Positions 28,901-39,342 are shown, counted from the stretch's first letter. The stretch is DNA of 64,000 nt from an uncultured virus (IMG/VR IMGVR_UViG_3300032116_000135) (IMGVR_UViG_3300032116_000135); one strand, 5' to 3'. Made by a program: numbers and translations. Notes: a model not told the origin generated them from the sequence alone.

Positions 28901-31072
28901 ATAAAATCAGCTCAAGGAGATGGTGAGGATATATCAATACCAAAAGCGGGTACTGGTGATACCTTTGGATTTGAGGTAAACTGTAGAAATGATATTAAAG
29001 GTGGAAATAATAACATAACCGACAATTCCAAAGCTCAGATATATTCAGTTTATGCAATGGCTTGTAGGAGAGTTAAAATTAAAGAAATTAAAGTTACATT
29101 ACCACAAGTTGAAGTTGAAAATGAAGTTAAAACCAATCAAACTGATATTGCCCCAAAAGAACAAAAGGTAGTTGTAAAATCAACAGTAATACCACCTAGA
29201 TTACAACCAACTATTAGTGTTACTAAAAAATTGAAAGATGGTATTAGTAAAAAAATATTAAGAAATCTATTTTCCGAATGTGATTACTTTGATGTAATAC
29301 AGAAAGAAAATCCGATGATATATCAAACAATTAAGGAAAAGATTAAATACTTCAACCCAGCGTTCCACTCAATGACACCTGAAGGATTGAATGCTCGTTT
29401 AACGTTCTTAAATCAATGTGTTAGACCTGGTGAAACAATTCCTGTAATAGGTGCTGATGGTAGACCGAAATATAATGATGCAGTTAATACATCATTTGGT
29501 GCTCCTCCCATTCTTATTTTAAGGGTAGGTGACTTTTATAATACAAAGATTGTTCCTACAAGTTTGGGTTTTACATATGAAAGTAATTTATTGGATATTA
29601 ATCCTGAAGGTATTGGTATTCAGCCAATGATTGTAAAAGTATCTATGGGATTCAATATGATTGGAGGACATGGTTTATCCAAACCTGTTGAACAATTGCA
29701 GAACGCATTATCATTTAATTATTATGCAAATACTGAAATATATGATGAAAGGGCGACGCCTACTGATGATTCGTATAAGAAGATAGATAAAGAATTAGAA
29801 CAAGTTATATTAGCTGGTGAAAAACCTGCAACTCTTAATAATGTTACTAATAATCCTACAAATGATGGTGGTGATACTATTGGTGAAATTCAGACAAATA
29901 TACCAATTCCTAGTGGACAAACAGGTGTTACCTCATACCAAAAAGTTATGGATAAATTCTTTGATGAAACCGTAACATACTTCAACACTGTGGTTAACCA
30001 AATGGAAAAAATCACATTGACGTATAATATGGGTATCATGCAATTAGTGAATGATAAAAGGAAAAATACTAATGGAACCATTTATTTAAGTGGAGCTAGT
30101 GTAACACCAAATCCTGAAGTAAAAATAATATGGGGACAACCTGATGGTGATAATACAAGATTAACTAAACTATTTACTGATGTAATAAAAGATATTGAAA
30201 CAAATCAAAATCCATTACTCAATGGCGGATTATTAAAAAATAATTTACAAAATGGATATTTTGGTGCTGAACCCGAAATCAAAGAATTTAAGCTTAATTT
30301 AATTAACTATATTAAAAAATTAAGTTCAGACTTTTCTAATGGTATTGTTACAACTTATACTGATTTAGTAAATTTTGAAGCTAACTATGTTCAGTATTTT
30401 AGAAAGATTAATTTAATTGAAACAAAAACCGATGGTAAAATTTTAGAAAGTAATGTTCCAAGAGTTTATAATATATCAGGAACCAGTGAAGTTAGTAACT
30501 CAAGTAAACCACCAGAAGGACAAGAACCAACAAACAGAGGTGTACCACAAAATACATTTGAGGAATTAGATTTTGATTATACAGATGTGATTCAATCACT
30601 CAAAGAGTATAACAAACTTTTGGATTCAAGTGGTATAACTACAAGTAATGAATATCAAGATGGTGAGTTTAGACTGGCTGATACTGAAGCTAATTTTGAT
30701 CTTGAGAATAAACTTTTCTTCATGGTTATTTCTAGAATTTTGGATAATAAAAATAAAAGACAAGAATTTGTTTCCGCTTTAACTAAAGGACCTTCAGTAA
30801 GTAAAAACAACTTTAAAAATAAATTAGAAAAGGTTGTTGAAAAGTTACAAAACAAATATTCAAAAGAATTAAGAAAAGAAGAAAAGTTATTTGAGAACTT
30901 TAGAAAAAATAAAGAGTTCAAAACATTTGTTAATGAACCATTACAAAAATTATTTCCTAAAGGTAAAACAAGAAAATTTGAATACTCAACAGTACCGGGA
31001 ACTAATGATGTTGCACAGAAGGCTCAAATATTAGCACTATACACAAAAAAAACAAATATATTAGAATTCTAA
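25952..31072 (+). CDS. Large baseplate protein: tube-initiator-like fold with internal OmpA-like domain
   Basis: FPPYDLTFSD...FLGRPEPIYTYNNTTRSGSISW and GAPPILILRVGD...PMIVKVSMGF halves; IEMIGSASALGNQDYNKNLSLRRIDSV...RRV between them. Confidence 0.6.
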   Translation: MSDSSLSFISTASFRNSLMSRNLAPYTLQGVYSPPVSNTNYPTVIGDLNVIDSPNNLIGDSPFPDRLYPLNEYGPEGGYSNTVINNKYPLRPNKGEYDPNDTELDLVNEFYIDAAYIENRYGPIGGYMSMVVIDSLENKNKLYTPYWNPPTFIPSSYSPYQILLSNDPTGSSGLLSQDSFIVKLGAQTLKNLLQDRVDVENAQINGSAGSLDTFSNPLNSTLLVSGRLDTTNKNYKITIPEQGLGTSQSLSSRLSDNYFPASPIPGDYFIESPFNGGSSAQITSGVNALNQLTGGALGGILNVLRNPSQIFLANTGNGQRSILFANIDYNRYQPPYDRNLGAAVAVGQFALNALDVTTGGFYVGSRNADPSTITSPPNQIPVDAFGRQIQTPVYGPSELGILFEGNENKINFGLAGKSFTDGGGIDGQFVWTSPKYKGNAGYKATPGGGVGSLDTEFNQISSQYTSNESTSITFKPSSILDATQRLIESADNVAGITKLKHVGNAINQVSKVFNDGYKEMTKGSRVLSYQDNTNGGEAGIEYCRVFTKDTPYYTYNDLQKTDGITTSGRRFVNSVFDNTYNLNIAPLRNPGSTNILPNEKGQLVAKKYMFSLENLAWRTSSRPGLTYDDLPVCERGPNGGRVMWFPPYDLTFSDTSTPNFQQTNFLGRPEPIYTYNNTTRSGSISWKIIVDHPSVMNTIIEKQLKGQQKERIDSIIDSFFAGCVKYDVYELAKKFNMLKPSDIYEYQEILNNPRLTREELAGVNFEIQKTVTIPAPIGGSTNGQGGDSNISNVDKKTYQDDPEQKNFEDRYKELAFYFHDDIPGPQTGTVSNQPYSQTFDSYKSLMTTYENTSNSLFGDTSPFCKKTGTVKVTENGRTQVDTGKSHQQYCNEAKNVKQFFDTIVESNYNVISKNEKNFIVDAYNIIKKGGTVTIEMIGSASALGNQDYNKNLSLRRIDSVKKFFKETTIGDANLGNEIDKKFFIKSAQGDGEDISIPKAGTGDTFGFEVNCRNDIKGGNNNITDNSKAQIYSVYAMACRRVKIKEIKVTLPQVEVENEVKTNQTDIAPKEQKVVVKSTVIPPRLQPTISVTKKLKDGISKKILRNLFSECDYFDVIQKENPMIYQTIKEKIKYFNPAFHSMTPEGLNARLTFLNQCVRPGETIPVIGADGRPKYNDAVNTSFGAPPILILRVGDFYNTKIVPTSLGFTYESNLLDINPEGIGIQPMIVKVSMGFNMIGGHGLSKPVEQLQNALSFNYYANTEIYDERATPTDDSYKKIDKELEQVILAGEKPATLNNVTNNPTNDGGDTIGEIQTNIPIPSGQTGVTSYQKVMDKFFDETVTYFNTVVNQMEKITLTYNMGIMQLVNDKRKNTNGTIYLSGASVTPNPEVKIIWGQPDGDNTRLTKLFTDVIKDIETNQNPLLNGGLLKNNLQNGYFGAEPEIKEFKLNLINYIKKLSSDFSNGIVTTYTDLVNFEANYVQYFRKINLIETKTDGKILESNVPRVYNISGTSEVSNSSKPPEGQEPTNRGVPQNTFEELDFDYTDVIQSLKEYNKLLDSSGITTSNEYQDGEFRLADTEANFDLENKLFFMVISRILDNKNKRQEFVSALTKGPSVSKNNFKNKLEKVVEKLQNKYSKELRKEEKLFENFRKNKEFKTFVNEPLQKLFPKGKTRKFEYSTVPGTNDVAQKAQILALYTKKTNILEF

Positions 31073-31074
31073 TT

Positions 31075-31398
31075 ATGGCTAGACAAATTTATAATCGTTA
31101 CAATGAATTTCTTGTTGATGGTCAACAAACGGTTGTTCCATATATTAACTTGCCCGCCAAGTCAACTGATAAAAGATATATTTACAAAGTCGGAATGACA
31201 AGGATGGATAAAGTATCACAACAATATTACGGTAGCCCAACATTTGGATGGTTAATTTTGATGGGTAATCCGATTTATGGTGGACTCGAATGGAATATAC
31301 CCGATGGGGCAATATTAACCATTCCGTATCCATTAGTTTCATCCTTGCAAGATTATAAAAACGAGTTAGAAAATTATTTCTTTTATTATGGTAAGTAG
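31075..31398 (+). CDS. LysM/gp53-like baseplate wedge protein
   Basis: RMDKVSQQYYGSPTFGWLILMGNP...GAILTIP. Confidence 0.8.
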   Translation: MARQIYNRYNEFLVDGQQTVVPYINLPAKSTDKRYIYKVGMTRMDKVSQQYYGSPTFGWLILMGNPIYGGLEWNIPDGAILTIPYPLVSSLQDYKNELENYFFYYGK

Positions 31399-34300
31399 AC
31401 CTGAAAATATATTAGTTGAATTTGATTACAATAACATTACAGTTATAGATCCAAATAAAGTTGTTGATGAATTTGGGGTATCAAAAGAAAGATTAATCCG
31501 ACATGAGGATTTGGTTATGTATGCAAACTTGGAATGTAGTTTATTACCAAGAACTAAGTTAGCTATCGGAGTTGCAAATAATGATGCAATTCAGACAATA
31601 TCAATAGCTAGTATTAACTTTTTGAAACCTGGTGGAAAACAGTATTTGGATAATTCTTATACTGATGAAATAACAGGTAAAGATACAATCAATGGTGAAG
31701 GTGTTAATCAACCTAAAGTTAATTCAATTAAAAATCCTAATAAATCAAATGATTATTATACTAGACAAACTATTTTGTCAGGAGGAAAACCAGGACCTAC
31801 GGACAATGGATTATTGGGTATTAAAAGTATTACAATTAGACAGAATACTTCATTCACACCTCAAGTTAAAATAACATTGGAAGATGTTAAAGGTAGAGCT
31901 TTGTTTGAATCGGGAGATCAGTCCCCATATGCTGCCTTCTTCAACTTACCTTATCCAACATTTTATTTAACAATAAAAGGATATTTGGGAAAGGCTGTTA
32001 GGTTAGCGTTAATGTTAACTAAATTTGGAGCATCTTATGATACAGGTAGTGGTAATTTTAAAATAGATTTGGATTTTGTAACATACAAATATACAATATT
32101 GGCTGAGGTTTCAATGGGACATCTGTTAGCCACTCCACATATGTATAAATCTAAATTAAGTATTCAAAGTACTAAAGGTGGTGGAAGTAATTTTACTGAT
32201 GTGAGTGATGGTGTAGTTGAAAAAGGATATCAAAAAATACAAGAGTTATATAGTGAGTATAAGTCGAAAGGTTTAATTCCTGATGATTTTCCTGAGTTAA
32301 CAATTTTACAACTAAGAGATAGACTTGATTTTTTTATTAAAAACAAGTTGGAAACTTTCGCTAAACAAAATATGACCCCATTAACAAATTTGGAGACATA
32401 TAGAACACAGTTATCGGATTATCAAGGTGAGGTATTTCTTTTTGAAGCGGGAAAAAGATCTTGGTTTAATACCTATATGGATAAAACTAATTTCTATGTG
32501 TTAGATGATAAAGTTACCAAAGTATATATTTTCAAAAAAGAATTTAGTTCATCGGTAGAAAGAGAAAAGGCGTTAACTAAACTTAACGGTATTATTAATG
32601 AATATAATAAAAAACTTAATGATAATAAAACTTGTGGAACTGTTGCTAATTCTGGGTATGAAATTGGTGGAAAATTTACACCAGCGTCTATACCAAATAG
32701 AGTTACCGTTAATGTATTTAATGTTGACATTAAAGTTGAAGATGTTGACATAACCGAAACTTATATTAAAAGATCTGGAAAAGAACCAACAGAAACACAA
32801 AGATTAGGATTGGAGGCAGAACTTAAAAGTTCATTTAGAAGTGCGACTCAAATGAAATTACAAAATGGTGAATTACTAACTGATACCACTTTTTATATAT
32901 TTGAGGGTGAAAATAGATTTATGGATTTAACTAAACAGATGGAAACTGAAAGGTTAAAAATTAAAGAAACTGTTGAAACTGAAATCACGAATTTATTATC
33001 AGAATTGTTAAAAAACAACAATGATGGAGTTGGATTTGTACCAAATCTTAGAAATGTACTTGCAGTTATATTTGCAAGTGGGGAAGCATTTATTCGATTA
33101 ATGGATGATGTTCACACAAAAGCGTGGGAACAAAGAGATAATGATATTAGAAAAAATGTTATCTTTAATAAAGAAGTTGCTGGAGCATCTCAAGATAACT
33201 TAAATTCGGGAAATAATTTTAATACACCAGTATATCCGTGGCCTCAAGTAATATTAGCGACGAATGGAGATAAGGGACAAGAGAAATATGAGATTAGATA
33301 TCCCGGTGATAATTCATTAGTCAAGATTACAAAGGCGGACAACTATGTGGCATGGCCGGAAGTTGAATTTGTTGAAGAATTTATAAAAGGTTTTGTTCAA
33401 AGAACTAACCCCAAAAAAGAACTAGGACCAACCCAGAACGAATTATATGATATCAAGAGGGTTACATTCAACGCCATTGAATTCCCTGTCACAAATCAGT
33501 TATTTAGTAATAAAGAAGAAGTAAAATATTTTTATGAATTATATGAGAGATTAATATTCATTTCAAATTATTCAAAACTATCAAGAGCGTATTTGTCAAA
33601 TTCTGTGGTTGGACAAATCACTGAGGTAATTGCTGAAACAGAAAAAATAAATATAGTTAATAGTTTATCTAATGATAATCCTTTTATAATACAAAAACTC
33701 AAAAACTATGGAATTAACTCAAGTAATATAACAACAATCTTGAAACAATTCTCTAATGGTGGAACAGGTATTAGCTGGCAAAATTATATTAGGGGTATAT
33801 TCAATACCAAATATATTAAAAATATTATTGAAAACAGTCAATTTGAATTTATAAGTCCTTCCATATTCAATAATAGATTGTCGCAACCTCAAGTTTCAAT
33901 ATCTGGTGAGGATAAACTTATAAATTACATTACAGGATCAACTGATTCAAATAGTATTGATTATACTGATACATTCCCTTTTACTAATTTGGATTGGGTT
34001 AAATCAAACTTATCCGATGGAAGTTCAATTTCCGATATCAAATCAAGTTTTGATACTAGAAAGGTATTAAATTACAGTCAGAGTAGAAAAACAATTACAA
34101 ACTTTTCTGATACCGCTGAAAAAAATAAAATCAAACCTTTTACTAATTTTTTAACACAAACACCTCAAGAACCACAACCTGTGGGACAGAATCAGGCGAT
34201 TAATTTAAAAACTTTTTATGAGGGTAGAATAAATGAATATAAGAATCAATTAGTTACTGAGGGAAATATAAGATATAGAAATTATAGTGGATTTGTAAAT

Positions 34301-37300
34301 GCGGAACAGACAACCTCAATGTTGAATACTCCATATTTTATAAATGCAATTCAGGATGGATTAAAAAAATTCAGAGAATATGATAAACATCCATTTGTAT
34401 CTGCAGCTTATTTATTTTTAAATAGTCTCCCCCTATCAACATTAAGGGAAAAGTATAAATCATTAACTAATAATCAACCTGAAGATTTAGATTATATCTT
34501 TGCGTCACTTAAAAAGTTTGGCGCGGTACACAAAATGCCGTATGCTTGGATATTAAAAATGGGTTCGATATGGCATAGATATAAAAAATATGTTGAGAGT
34601 GGTGTTGATATTTTGGATAATTCTTGGAAAAACTTTGACAGTTTAACTAATTACGATCCAGGTACATCAGCCTTAACCAAAACATATTATTTAACTTATG
34701 AAGGTGCTAATATAGATATTATTTTGGAGGATATTAATGTTTTGGGTTCACAAACATCGGTTATAATTAACACCGGGTTTTACCCAAAATTAATTAATGA
34801 TTTTAATATATTTTTACAAGGGTTTGAAATTATTAAAACTAATACCCAAGTTAATGGGGCGTGTTCGATTAACGGTACAACATTAACTGTTAATCAAATT
34901 AATGGGGGGTTATTACAAGTTGGTAATATACTTGCCGGATTAAATTTAGAACCTAATACAACTATTGTTTCATTTTTAAATGGAGCGACTGGTGGAACGG
35001 GTGATTATCAAATTAATATTTCACAAACGGCAACAACCGCTTTATTTAGTGTTACTAATGTTCCTTTCGGAGGATTTACAAGTGCAAGTATCAATGATGC
35101 TTTTGCGTCTGGTTTAACTTTAAATTATGTTGGGGATTCAATTATTGATTGGAGTAATACATTAGAGACAAAAAATATTAGGGTAATACCTTGGTCGATT
35201 ACGGTTAATAGTGGGGATAATAAATTTGCTTATTTATTACCATCACATGGTTCGTTATTAAATCAAGCTAAGTATGAAACATTCAAAAACAATGATTTAA
35301 AAATTGAACTAACAGGTAATACATCATTACATAATGGTTCTGTTAGATTATTTTGGACGGCGCCAAATTATGGTTATTATGATAATACTAAAGTTAGTAA
35401 ACCATCTCCGACTGATTATATTAAAAAAATATTTTCAGATAGAGTTAATCAGGAAAATTTCTCAATAAATGGTATATCGGCATATACCAAAATGGATGAA
35501 GTTTTATCTGTTTTTGAAAGATCGGTATTGGATGGTTTTGAGAAAGAGTTCTTAAAATTTTCGAGAACTGTATATGATATTGATGATACTATTGGTTCTT
35601 CGGTGGATCCATTACAAATAATGGAATTATCGTCTTCTGCAGATTTACAGAATCAAATAAATCAGAGTAGTGGAACGGTAAGTGAAAAAAATATTCGTAA
35701 TTTCCAAGCATTTATGAGGGAAATGATGAAGCTACCTAAATTAACTGGAAATACGGGAACTGAAATTGTTACAAAATATCAATCAAAACAGTTTGAAATA
35801 TTCAACAGTTATATCAATCAATTTTTACAGTTTGATGTTTATTTTAAATTTGGTAACCCATCAAATTATGATAGAAAACTATTCTATTCATTTTCAAATG
35901 TACCTGTTGTAGATGCTTACGAATGGGATAAATATACTATAGTAACTCCTGACGCACTACCTACTAATGGTGGTGGAGTATCACTATTAACATCCAAAAC
36001 AAATTATCCTGACGCATGGAGAACTTTGGAAACCTATGTTGGATTCTCAAATATACCTGAATTAAAATACGATAACAACGGTTCATATATTACAGATTTC
36101 TTTATTGATTTGAATGTTGCCTTCACCGAGTTTAATATTAAGCAATTTGCTAAAATTATTAAGATGTATGCAACTCAAAAGTTGAACAAATTTCAGTCGA
36201 ACCCAATAAGTCCACCAACACCTATCCCAAGTACACCACCAAATATTGTTGCGATTGCGTTACTTAAAAATCTATATACTATATCAGTAGAACAAAGAGG
36301 ACCTAAATATAGATCAATTTATAAAAGTCCTGAAGGTGTTTTATTGTTTGAAAGTGCTTTTACTTTTTATACTATAGTTGGTACAACACCTACTGATATT
36401 AAACAAAAATTAATAGATGAGGTTATTATCGGTGCTTACGGTAGTACAACAACTAATCCGAATGATCCACAGTATATTGTGAGATTAGAAGAAATTGATC
36501 CACCAACTTACGATCCGATACCAAGTCCACTTAACAAAAATGGTATTAATGCGTTCTTTAATGGTATGACAACATTTTTAAATGGGGTTGAAGATTTTCA
36601 AGGTAAGATTATAAATGTGTTAATACCTAAATTACAGAAAGATTTACCTGATGTTAATAATACTATAGAACCTGCAAAGGCTAATGAATTAAATGGAGAA
36701 CCACAACCTAAAGTTGAACTATGGGAATCATTTAAAGCTTTAAATGATAAATGGATTGCAGGTAACGATTTTAAAAACAAGACATTATTCGAGGACGTTC
36801 TTTTATTAGATAGAGCCAGTAGAAATATTGGTGATAAAGTTTTAATAGATATTTTTAAATTAAAAGAAACCTTAAATACCATAGCACCAAAAGTTAACAT
36901 GTTGTCATTTGTTCAGACAATAATCGTTGAAAATAATTTTGTTGTTATGAATATCCCATCGTATATTAATTTCTATAATGTACAAGAAGCAACTAAAAAT
37001 CCTAAACCCAAAGTTGAAGGTAGTGCGGATTTTGCAAACACACTATTCGGTACATTTTTGAATGTAGATTATAGAGATTCCACCGCAAAAATGGTTTGTT
37101 TTTATGGTGGTAAACCGAGTGAACAATTGGATATTAAAAATGTTGATTATAGATTTAGAAATGACGCTTTTGATTTGAGAAGAGCCAGTGACAATCCATT
37201 AATTGAAGATTTAACAGGAAAAAAAGATTGGGATAAATCAAACAAAGTTGTTGGATTTAATGTTGATATTGGACCTCAAAATCAAGGGGTATTTAAAACA

Positions 37301-38374
37301 TTTAGTGTTGGACAAAACTCAGGTTTGGCGACTGCGGAGTCGTTAGAAATATTAAATCAAATGGCTAATCAAGGTGGTAACCGTGGAGGGACAACTCAAA
37401 ACATTTCTTTATATAATTTATATAAAAATAGAAGTTATTCATGTTCGGTTAGTATGTTGGGTAATGCTTTGATACAACCAACGATGTACTTTAACCTTAG
37501 AAATGTCCCGATGTTTAGTGGACCTTATATGATATTGGAAGTAAATCACCAAATATCTTCAGGAGAATTTTCAACGGACATTAGAGGAATTCGACAACCA
37601 ACAGCATCATTACCAAAAATTGATAATTATCTACAATCACTTAAGACAAATTTAATTAGTAAAATCAATGAAGTAATTACACAAGAAAAAGATGCGGATA
37701 CTGCTAAGAATCCAACTAATATTGCGGGACTATCAAGTCAGGCTCAAACTTTATTGGCGACTAATTCTAATACAATTAATAGTAATCAGACATGTACACC
37801 AACGATAACTAGGTACGAAAGATTTACAAATGAATCACCAAAAAGAAATGAAATAACTGCATTAGATGCTAGAAATATAATTTCTGAAATTATTTTTGTT
37901 AATGTAACAGAACAAAATAAAGAGAAAAAATTAATATTGGCGATTAGTATTTTTGCAAAAATATATATTGGTAGTAGAAGTTCACAATCCTCAAAATTCC
38001 AAGCCTATGGTTATAATTTTATGGGGTTAGATTTGAAAGCTGATTGGGGTGAATTATCACCATATACTGACAATAAATTTTTCTGTTCTAATAATAATAC
38101 TCCTTATCTTATTTTTGGAAGTTTTAATAAGAATATTGATTTCTTAAAAGCAAGATGGGAACCTAGAATGTTGAATAATACCCAAGTTCCAGCAGGACAA
38201 GGAACACAAATAGCTATAGATTTTATTACTAAGTTTGTTGTTGAAAATGGATTTAATAATATTAATGAGGGTGTTGCGTTCTACAATAAAATAAAACAAG
38301 ATGGAACATTATCAGATTACACTAAAGTTGTTAGTGAAGCATTTGTTTTATGGGATTCAATGAGAAATCGATAA
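31388..38374 (+). CDS. Very large baseplate hub protein (gp27/gpD-like termini)
   Basis: 2328 aa; N-terminal LGIKSITI...VKITLEDVKG and C-terminal CSVSMLGNALIQPTMYF...SGPYMILEVNHQI...FST hub motifs; follows the LysM gene. Confidence 0.6.
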   Translation: MVSRPENILVEFDYNNITVIDPNKVVDEFGVSKERLIRHEDLVMYANLECSLLPRTKLAIGVANNDAIQTISIASINFLKPGGKQYLDNSYTDEITGKDTINGEGVNQPKVNSIKNPNKSNDYYTRQTILSGGKPGPTDNGLLGIKSITIRQNTSFTPQVKITLEDVKGRALFESGDQSPYAAFFNLPYPTFYLTIKGYLGKAVRLALMLTKFGASYDTGSGNFKIDLDFVTYKYTILAEVSMGHLLATPHMYKSKLSIQSTKGGGSNFTDVSDGVVEKGYQKIQELYSEYKSKGLIPDDFPELTILQLRDRLDFFIKNKLETFAKQNMTPLTNLETYRTQLSDYQGEVFLFEAGKRSWFNTYMDKTNFYVLDDKVTKVYIFKKEFSSSVEREKALTKLNGIINEYNKKLNDNKTCGTVANSGYEIGGKFTPASIPNRVTVNVFNVDIKVEDVDITETYIKRSGKEPTETQRLGLEAELKSSFRSATQMKLQNGELLTDTTFYIFEGENRFMDLTKQMETERLKIKETVETEITNLLSELLKNNNDGVGFVPNLRNVLAVIFASGEAFIRLMDDVHTKAWEQRDNDIRKNVIFNKEVAGASQDNLNSGNNFNTPVYPWPQVILATNGDKGQEKYEIRYPGDNSLVKITKADNYVAWPEVEFVEEFIKGFVQRTNPKKELGPTQNELYDIKRVTFNAIEFPVTNQLFSNKEEVKYFYELYERLIFISNYSKLSRAYLSNSVVGQITEVIAETEKINIVNSLSNDNPFIIQKLKNYGINSSNITTILKQFSNGGTGISWQNYIRGIFNTKYIKNIIENSQFEFISPSIFNNRLSQPQVSISGEDKLINYITGSTDSNSIDYTDTFPFTNLDWVKSNLSDGSSISDIKSSFDTRKVLNYSQSRKTITNFSDTAEKNKIKPFTNFLTQTPQEPQPVGQNQAINLKTFYEGRINEYKNQLVTEGNIRYRNYSGFVNAEQTTSMLNTPYFINAIQDGLKKFREYDKHPFVSAAYLFLNSLPLSTLREKYKSLTNNQPEDLDYIFASLKKFGAVHKMPYAWILKMGSIWHRYKKYVESGVDILDNSWKNFDSLTNYDPGTSALTKTYYLTYEGANIDIILEDINVLGSQTSVIINTGFYPKLINDFNIFLQGFEIIKTNTQVNGACSINGTTLTVNQINGGLLQVGNILAGLNLEPNTTIVSFLNGATGGTGDYQINISQTATTALFSVTNVPFGGFTSASINDAFASGLTLNYVGDSIIDWSNTLETKNIRVIPWSITVNSGDNKFAYLLPSHGSLLNQAKYETFKNNDLKIELTGNTSLHNGSVRLFWTAPNYGYYDNTKVSKPSPTDYIKKIFSDRVNQENFSINGISAYTKMDEVLSVFERSVLDGFEKEFLKFSRTVYDIDDTIGSSVDPLQIMELSSSADLQNQINQSSGTVSEKNIRNFQAFMREMMKLPKLTGNTGTEIVTKYQSKQFEIFNSYINQFLQFDVYFKFGNPSNYDRKLFYSFSNVPVVDAYEWDKYTIVTPDALPTNGGGVSLLTSKTNYPDAWRTLETYVGFSNIPELKYDNNGSYITDFFIDLNVAFTEFNIKQFAKIIKMYATQKLNKFQSNPISPPTPIPSTPPNIVAIALLKNLYTISVEQRGPKYRSIYKSPEGVLLFESAFTFYTIVGTTPTDIKQKLIDEVIIGAYGSTTTNPNDPQYIVRLEEIDPPTYDPIPSPLNKNGINAFFNGMTTFLNGVEDFQGKIINVLIPKLQKDLPDVNNTIEPAKANELNGEPQPKVELWESFKALNDKWIAGNDFKNKTLFEDVLLLDRASRNIGDKVLIDIFKLKETLNTIAPKVNMLSFVQTIIVENNFVVMNIPSYINFYNVQEATKNPKPKVEGSADFANTLFGTFLNVDYRDSTAKMVCFYGGKPSEQLDIKNVDYRFRNDAFDLRRASDNPLIEDLTGKKDWDKSNKVVGFNVDIGPQNQGVFKTFSVGQNSGLATAESLEILNQMANQGGNRGGTTQNISLYNLYKNRSYSCSVSMLGNALIQPTMYFNLRNVPMFSGPYMILEVNHQISSGEFSTDIRGIRQPTASLPKIDNYLQSLKTNLISKINEVITQEKDADTAKNPTNIAGLSSQAQTLLATNSNTINSNQTCTPTITRYERFTNESPKRNEITALDARNIISEIIFVNVTEQNKEKKLILAISIFAKIYIGSRSSQSSKFQAYGYNFMGLDLKADWGELSPYTDNKFFCSNNNTPYLIFGSFNKNIDFLKARWEPRMLNNTQVPAGQGTQIAIDFITKFVVENGFNNINEGVAFYNKIKQDGTLSDYTKVVSEAFVLWDSMRNR

Positions 38375-38416
38375 TTTTTTTTAATAAACCAATATATTTA
38401 TATTAAAATAAAAACT

Positions 38417-38641
38417 ATGAGCGTAAAATTAATTTTAGATAGTTACTTAGGTAAAAATACACGTCATTCTGAAAAAGATATGGGCGATGGAACTAAACAA
38501 GTTTGTGACTTGGACACCGGAGAGTGTTACACTGTTAGAATGAAAGATGGTTTAATTGAAAGAGTTGATAACACTTTGAAAACTAACAGAAAAATTCAAG
38601 TTGAAACCACAACAGGTATAAAACAATTATTAAACGGATAA
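38417..38641 (+). CDS. Hypothetical protein (74 aa)
   Basis: ORF with A-rich leader and upstream TATTTAT; VCDLDTGEC motif. Confidence 0.7.
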   Translation: MSVKLILDSYLGKNTRHSEKDMGDGTKQVCDLDTGECYTVRMKDGLIERVDNTLKTNRKIQVETTTGIKQLLNG

Positions 38642-38648
38642 CCCAAAA

Positions 38649-39335
38649 ATGAGAGTTGATTTAAAAATTATTGAAGAAATCAAAAGACATAATCAGATTA
38701 CTAGATATATCAATGAACAGGAATTACCACCTCCTCCACCACCAGGTGATGCAGGGGAATTACCTCCTCCACCTCCAGGTGACGCAGGTGCTCCACCCCC
38801 TCCTCCTGCACCTGGTGTAGGTGCTCCACCACCAGCCGCTCCACCACAACCTGTTGATGTTGCTGCGGATCCTGATGTGGAAAAAATTGGGGATGAAAAG
38901 GAAAAGGAAAACAAAGAAGAAATTAAAGTAACTGATTTAGTTAAAAGTCAAAAATCTGTTGAAGATAAACAAGAAGAATATTTTGAAACATTATTCAACC
39001 ACCTCAACGATTTGGAACAAAAACTTGGGACTATGGATGACATAATTAACAAGTTAAATACACTAGAGACTAAGATAGAAAAATATAGAACAAAAAGTCC
39101 TGAAGAAAAAATGGAATTAAGAACATTGGATTCAGGACCATTCAATCAGAAATTGAGTCAATTCTTTGAAGATAAAGAAGAAGACTTTGAAAAATCTGGA
39201 AAAGAACAATATATTATAACTCCTGACGATGTTGAAGGTTACTCACCAAATGAAATCAAAAGAAGTTTTAGAGACTTCGGAGATACGGAAATGACACCTG
39301 AAAACGACATGAGCGGATTCAAGAAAATATATTAG
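38649..39335 (+). CDS. Poly-proline / acidic coiled-coil protein (possible head core or scaffold component)
   Basis: PPPPPPGDAG repeats followed by a coiled-coil, acidic C-terminal half. Confidence 0.6.
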   Translation: MRVDLKIIEEIKRHNQITRYINEQELPPPPPPGDAGELPPPPPGDAGAPPPPPAPGVGAPPPAAPPQPVDVAADPDVEKIGDEKEKENKEEIKVTDLVKSQKSVEDKQEEYFETLFNHLNDLEQKLGTMDDIINKLNTLETKIEKYRTKSPEEKMELRTLDSGPFNQKLSQFFEDKEEDFEKSGKEQYIITPDDVEGYSPNEIKRSFRDFGDTEMTPENDMSGFKKIY

Positions 39336-39342
39336 TACTTTA

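Noticed and set aside
16577..38374. Bacterial extracellular contractile injection system or tailocin
   Set aside because: Neck proteins and a phage replication set (PolB, gp32, gp41, UvsX) are interleaved, and no cellular housekeeping context is present.
38720..38855. Collagen-like repeat
   Set aside because: No sustained Gly-X-Y periodicity.
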